A stretch of 64,000 bases of DNA from NCBI RefSeq assembly GCF_009914755.1, contig NC_060927.1; one strand, given 5' to 3'. Within the stretch, counting starts at the first letter, position 1, and each line of letters starts with the position of its first letter. This document shows, piece after piece, positions 61,538 to 64,000 of the stretch. The notes under the pieces are model-generated. The model had not been told where the DNA came from. It was given only the letters and a program-made list of their open reading frames with translations, and did not search any database. A program made the translations under genes and the position numbers. The DNA comes from the human T2T-CHM13v2.0 reference genome, Homo sapiens.

Positions 61538-62025
61538 CTGTCTCAGTCATAGCATCACTTGACCAAGGGCTTCCTATCAGTCTCCAGCTTAGTGCATCCC
61601 CCCCTTCCCCTGCTCTGTTTTTGTTCCACAAGAAATAATATTTCCTAGGATCTTCTGCCTCCGGGCCTCTGGATAGATTTGGCCAATAAGAAGACAGTGG
61701 CAGGGGATTGGAGGATAGGATGAGGAAGTAAGCTGAGGTACTTCTCCGCCTTCTCTATTTCCTGTAGTGTCTTCAGCAGTGGCTATGTTTCCTCCATGAC
61801 AATAGCTCCTGTTGGACAAATGGACTGTGGTCCAGTTCCTGTGGAACCTCCTCTCTGTCTATCTAGCCAGGTGATAGGGACTTCCTGCTAATTCTGATTG
61901 CTTGATTGCCTCACTAGCTATTTGGCTTCCCAGAGATTCTAGCACCTGTTGAATCAATTCCAAGAGTTAATTTTCTTGTTTTAGATATATACAGTGATCT
62001 CAGTATTTGGACTTTGCCTTATATA
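61538..62025 (+). mobile_element. LTR33/LTR41-group (ERVL) LTR remnant
   Basis: ctctggatagatttggccaataagaagacagtggcaggggattggagg is a characteristic LTR33-group motif. Boundaries approximate. Confidence 0.65.
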
Positions 62026-62428
62026 CAAGGCTTGTTCTGATGTAAGTATACTATACATTTAGATATGTGCTGTGCATATGTCTGTGTAAATGCTGTGAAC
62101 ACAGATAAAAAATTAACTTATGTTATATCCAACACATTACCTGGGATGCAGTAGGTATTTAATGTGCATTACTTGGTGAATTGACTGTATATGGTATCAG
62201 GGAAAATAGCATAAAACGTAATTCAAATGTGAAAAATACATACTAACTATAATCATTTTATGACTTAAAACCATTTATGCCTCTTCACTGTTGTGACAGT
62301 AATACATGTGTCAAATCAACAGTGTTCAGTTTCAATTGAATAGGTATATAAACTATACATAGGTCCACCCCTTCATTTTTCACTCATTTGAAGTGATTGC
62401 CTTCTCAACACTTAAATATTTATATTGC

Positions 62429-62725
<297 letters not shown>

Positions 62726-62789
62726 GAATGTATATTGTCTGTTTTACAGGAGACTCCTTTCCTCAAAACTCCAAAATTTGGTTAATGTA

Positions 62790-63136
62790 GTTTTTTGTTT
62801 GTTTGTTTATGTTTTTTGGTTTGGTTTGGTTTTCTTTTGTTTTGAGAGACAGGGTCTCACTCTGTTGCCCAAGCTGGATGGATTGCAGTGGCACAATCAC
62901 AGCTCACTACAGCCTCGACCTCCTGGGCTTGATCAAGCAATCCTCCCACCTCAACCTCCCAAATAGCTGGTACTCCAGGCACACACAACCATGCCCAGCT
63001 AATTTTTAAATTCTTTTGTAGAGACGGTGTCTCACTATGTTGTCCAGGCTGTTCTCAAATTCCTGGGCTCAAGCAATCCTCCTGCCTCAGACTCCTGAAG
63101 TGCTGGGATTACAGGTGGGAGCCACAATGGTTGGCC
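62790..63136 (-). mobile_element. AluJ
   Basis: gagacagggtctcactctgttgccc...cacagctcactacagcctcgacctcctggg...ctcaagcaatcctcctgcctcag (J-type); tail decayed to (TTTG/TTTGG)n. Confidence 0.88.
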
Positions 63137-63750
63137 CTGATTAATAATCTGTTTAGCAACAATTAATCAATATTTTAATGGCATTATATCAATACTCTCT
63201 GGAGTTGATAGGGCAAATGAGAAATCAAAATTGATTAAAAAATTAAGTATCCCCAGAGAAGATATAATGATATAGTTGATTTTTTAGTCTAGACTATCCC
63301 TATAAGATATAAATATTCTGAGTTATGGAAACAATTAGAAAATAAAATTTTAAAATAATTTACAATGGAAAGAAGTAGAAAAACTGATTAGAGAAACATT
63401 GTTAGCAAACCACTTAGAGTATTAAATCAATATTTTTAGGAAGATTAATCAGTAATGTGGCAAAGTGAGTGAAAGAAATTAGCAGGCTATCATAATTAAT
63501 GCATGAGATGAGACGAGCACAAATGACAGTGGTCACCGTTATAGTGAAAAGAGTGGAATGAGTGCTAGAAACGTGGTGAAGAACACATTTTTAAAGAGTT
63601 ATGTCTTCTTGATTAATAATACAAATAATGCTAATTACCATTAATATTCAAAAGAAAAGATGGCAATAACAATGACTTCAAAGTTTCTAGTCAAGATCCA
63701 GAAGACTGGTGATACTGTCTACAGAAATAGTTAAGGTAAAACAAGAAACC

Positions 63751-64000
<250 letters not shown>

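Overview
Human (hominid) genomic DNA, AT-rich and CpG-poor, intronic or intergenic in character and dominated by transposon relics. It contains several large L1 copies, including a near full-length old L1MA with an intact target-site duplication (TSD), about 12 Alus (one essentially consensus AluYa5, a human-specific lineage), solo ERV1 LTRs (LTR2, MER39-like, MER4D-like), MaLR elements (a complete THE1 nested in an MST), L2, MIR and DNA-transposon fragments. I recognise no cellular protein-coding gene, RNA gene or CRISPR array. The ORF-track entries are decayed L1/MaLR frames, Alu antisense frames or chance ORFs. I see no evidence of a new multi-gene biological system. The most notable signals are small ones: a ~125-bp dispersed local duplication, snap-back hairpin insertions, an inversion-deletion in L1 ORF1, deep nesting of elements, and a few candidate splice-site-bounded exons. 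Subfamily names come from recalled consensus motifs, not a database run, and boundaries without TSDs are approximate.
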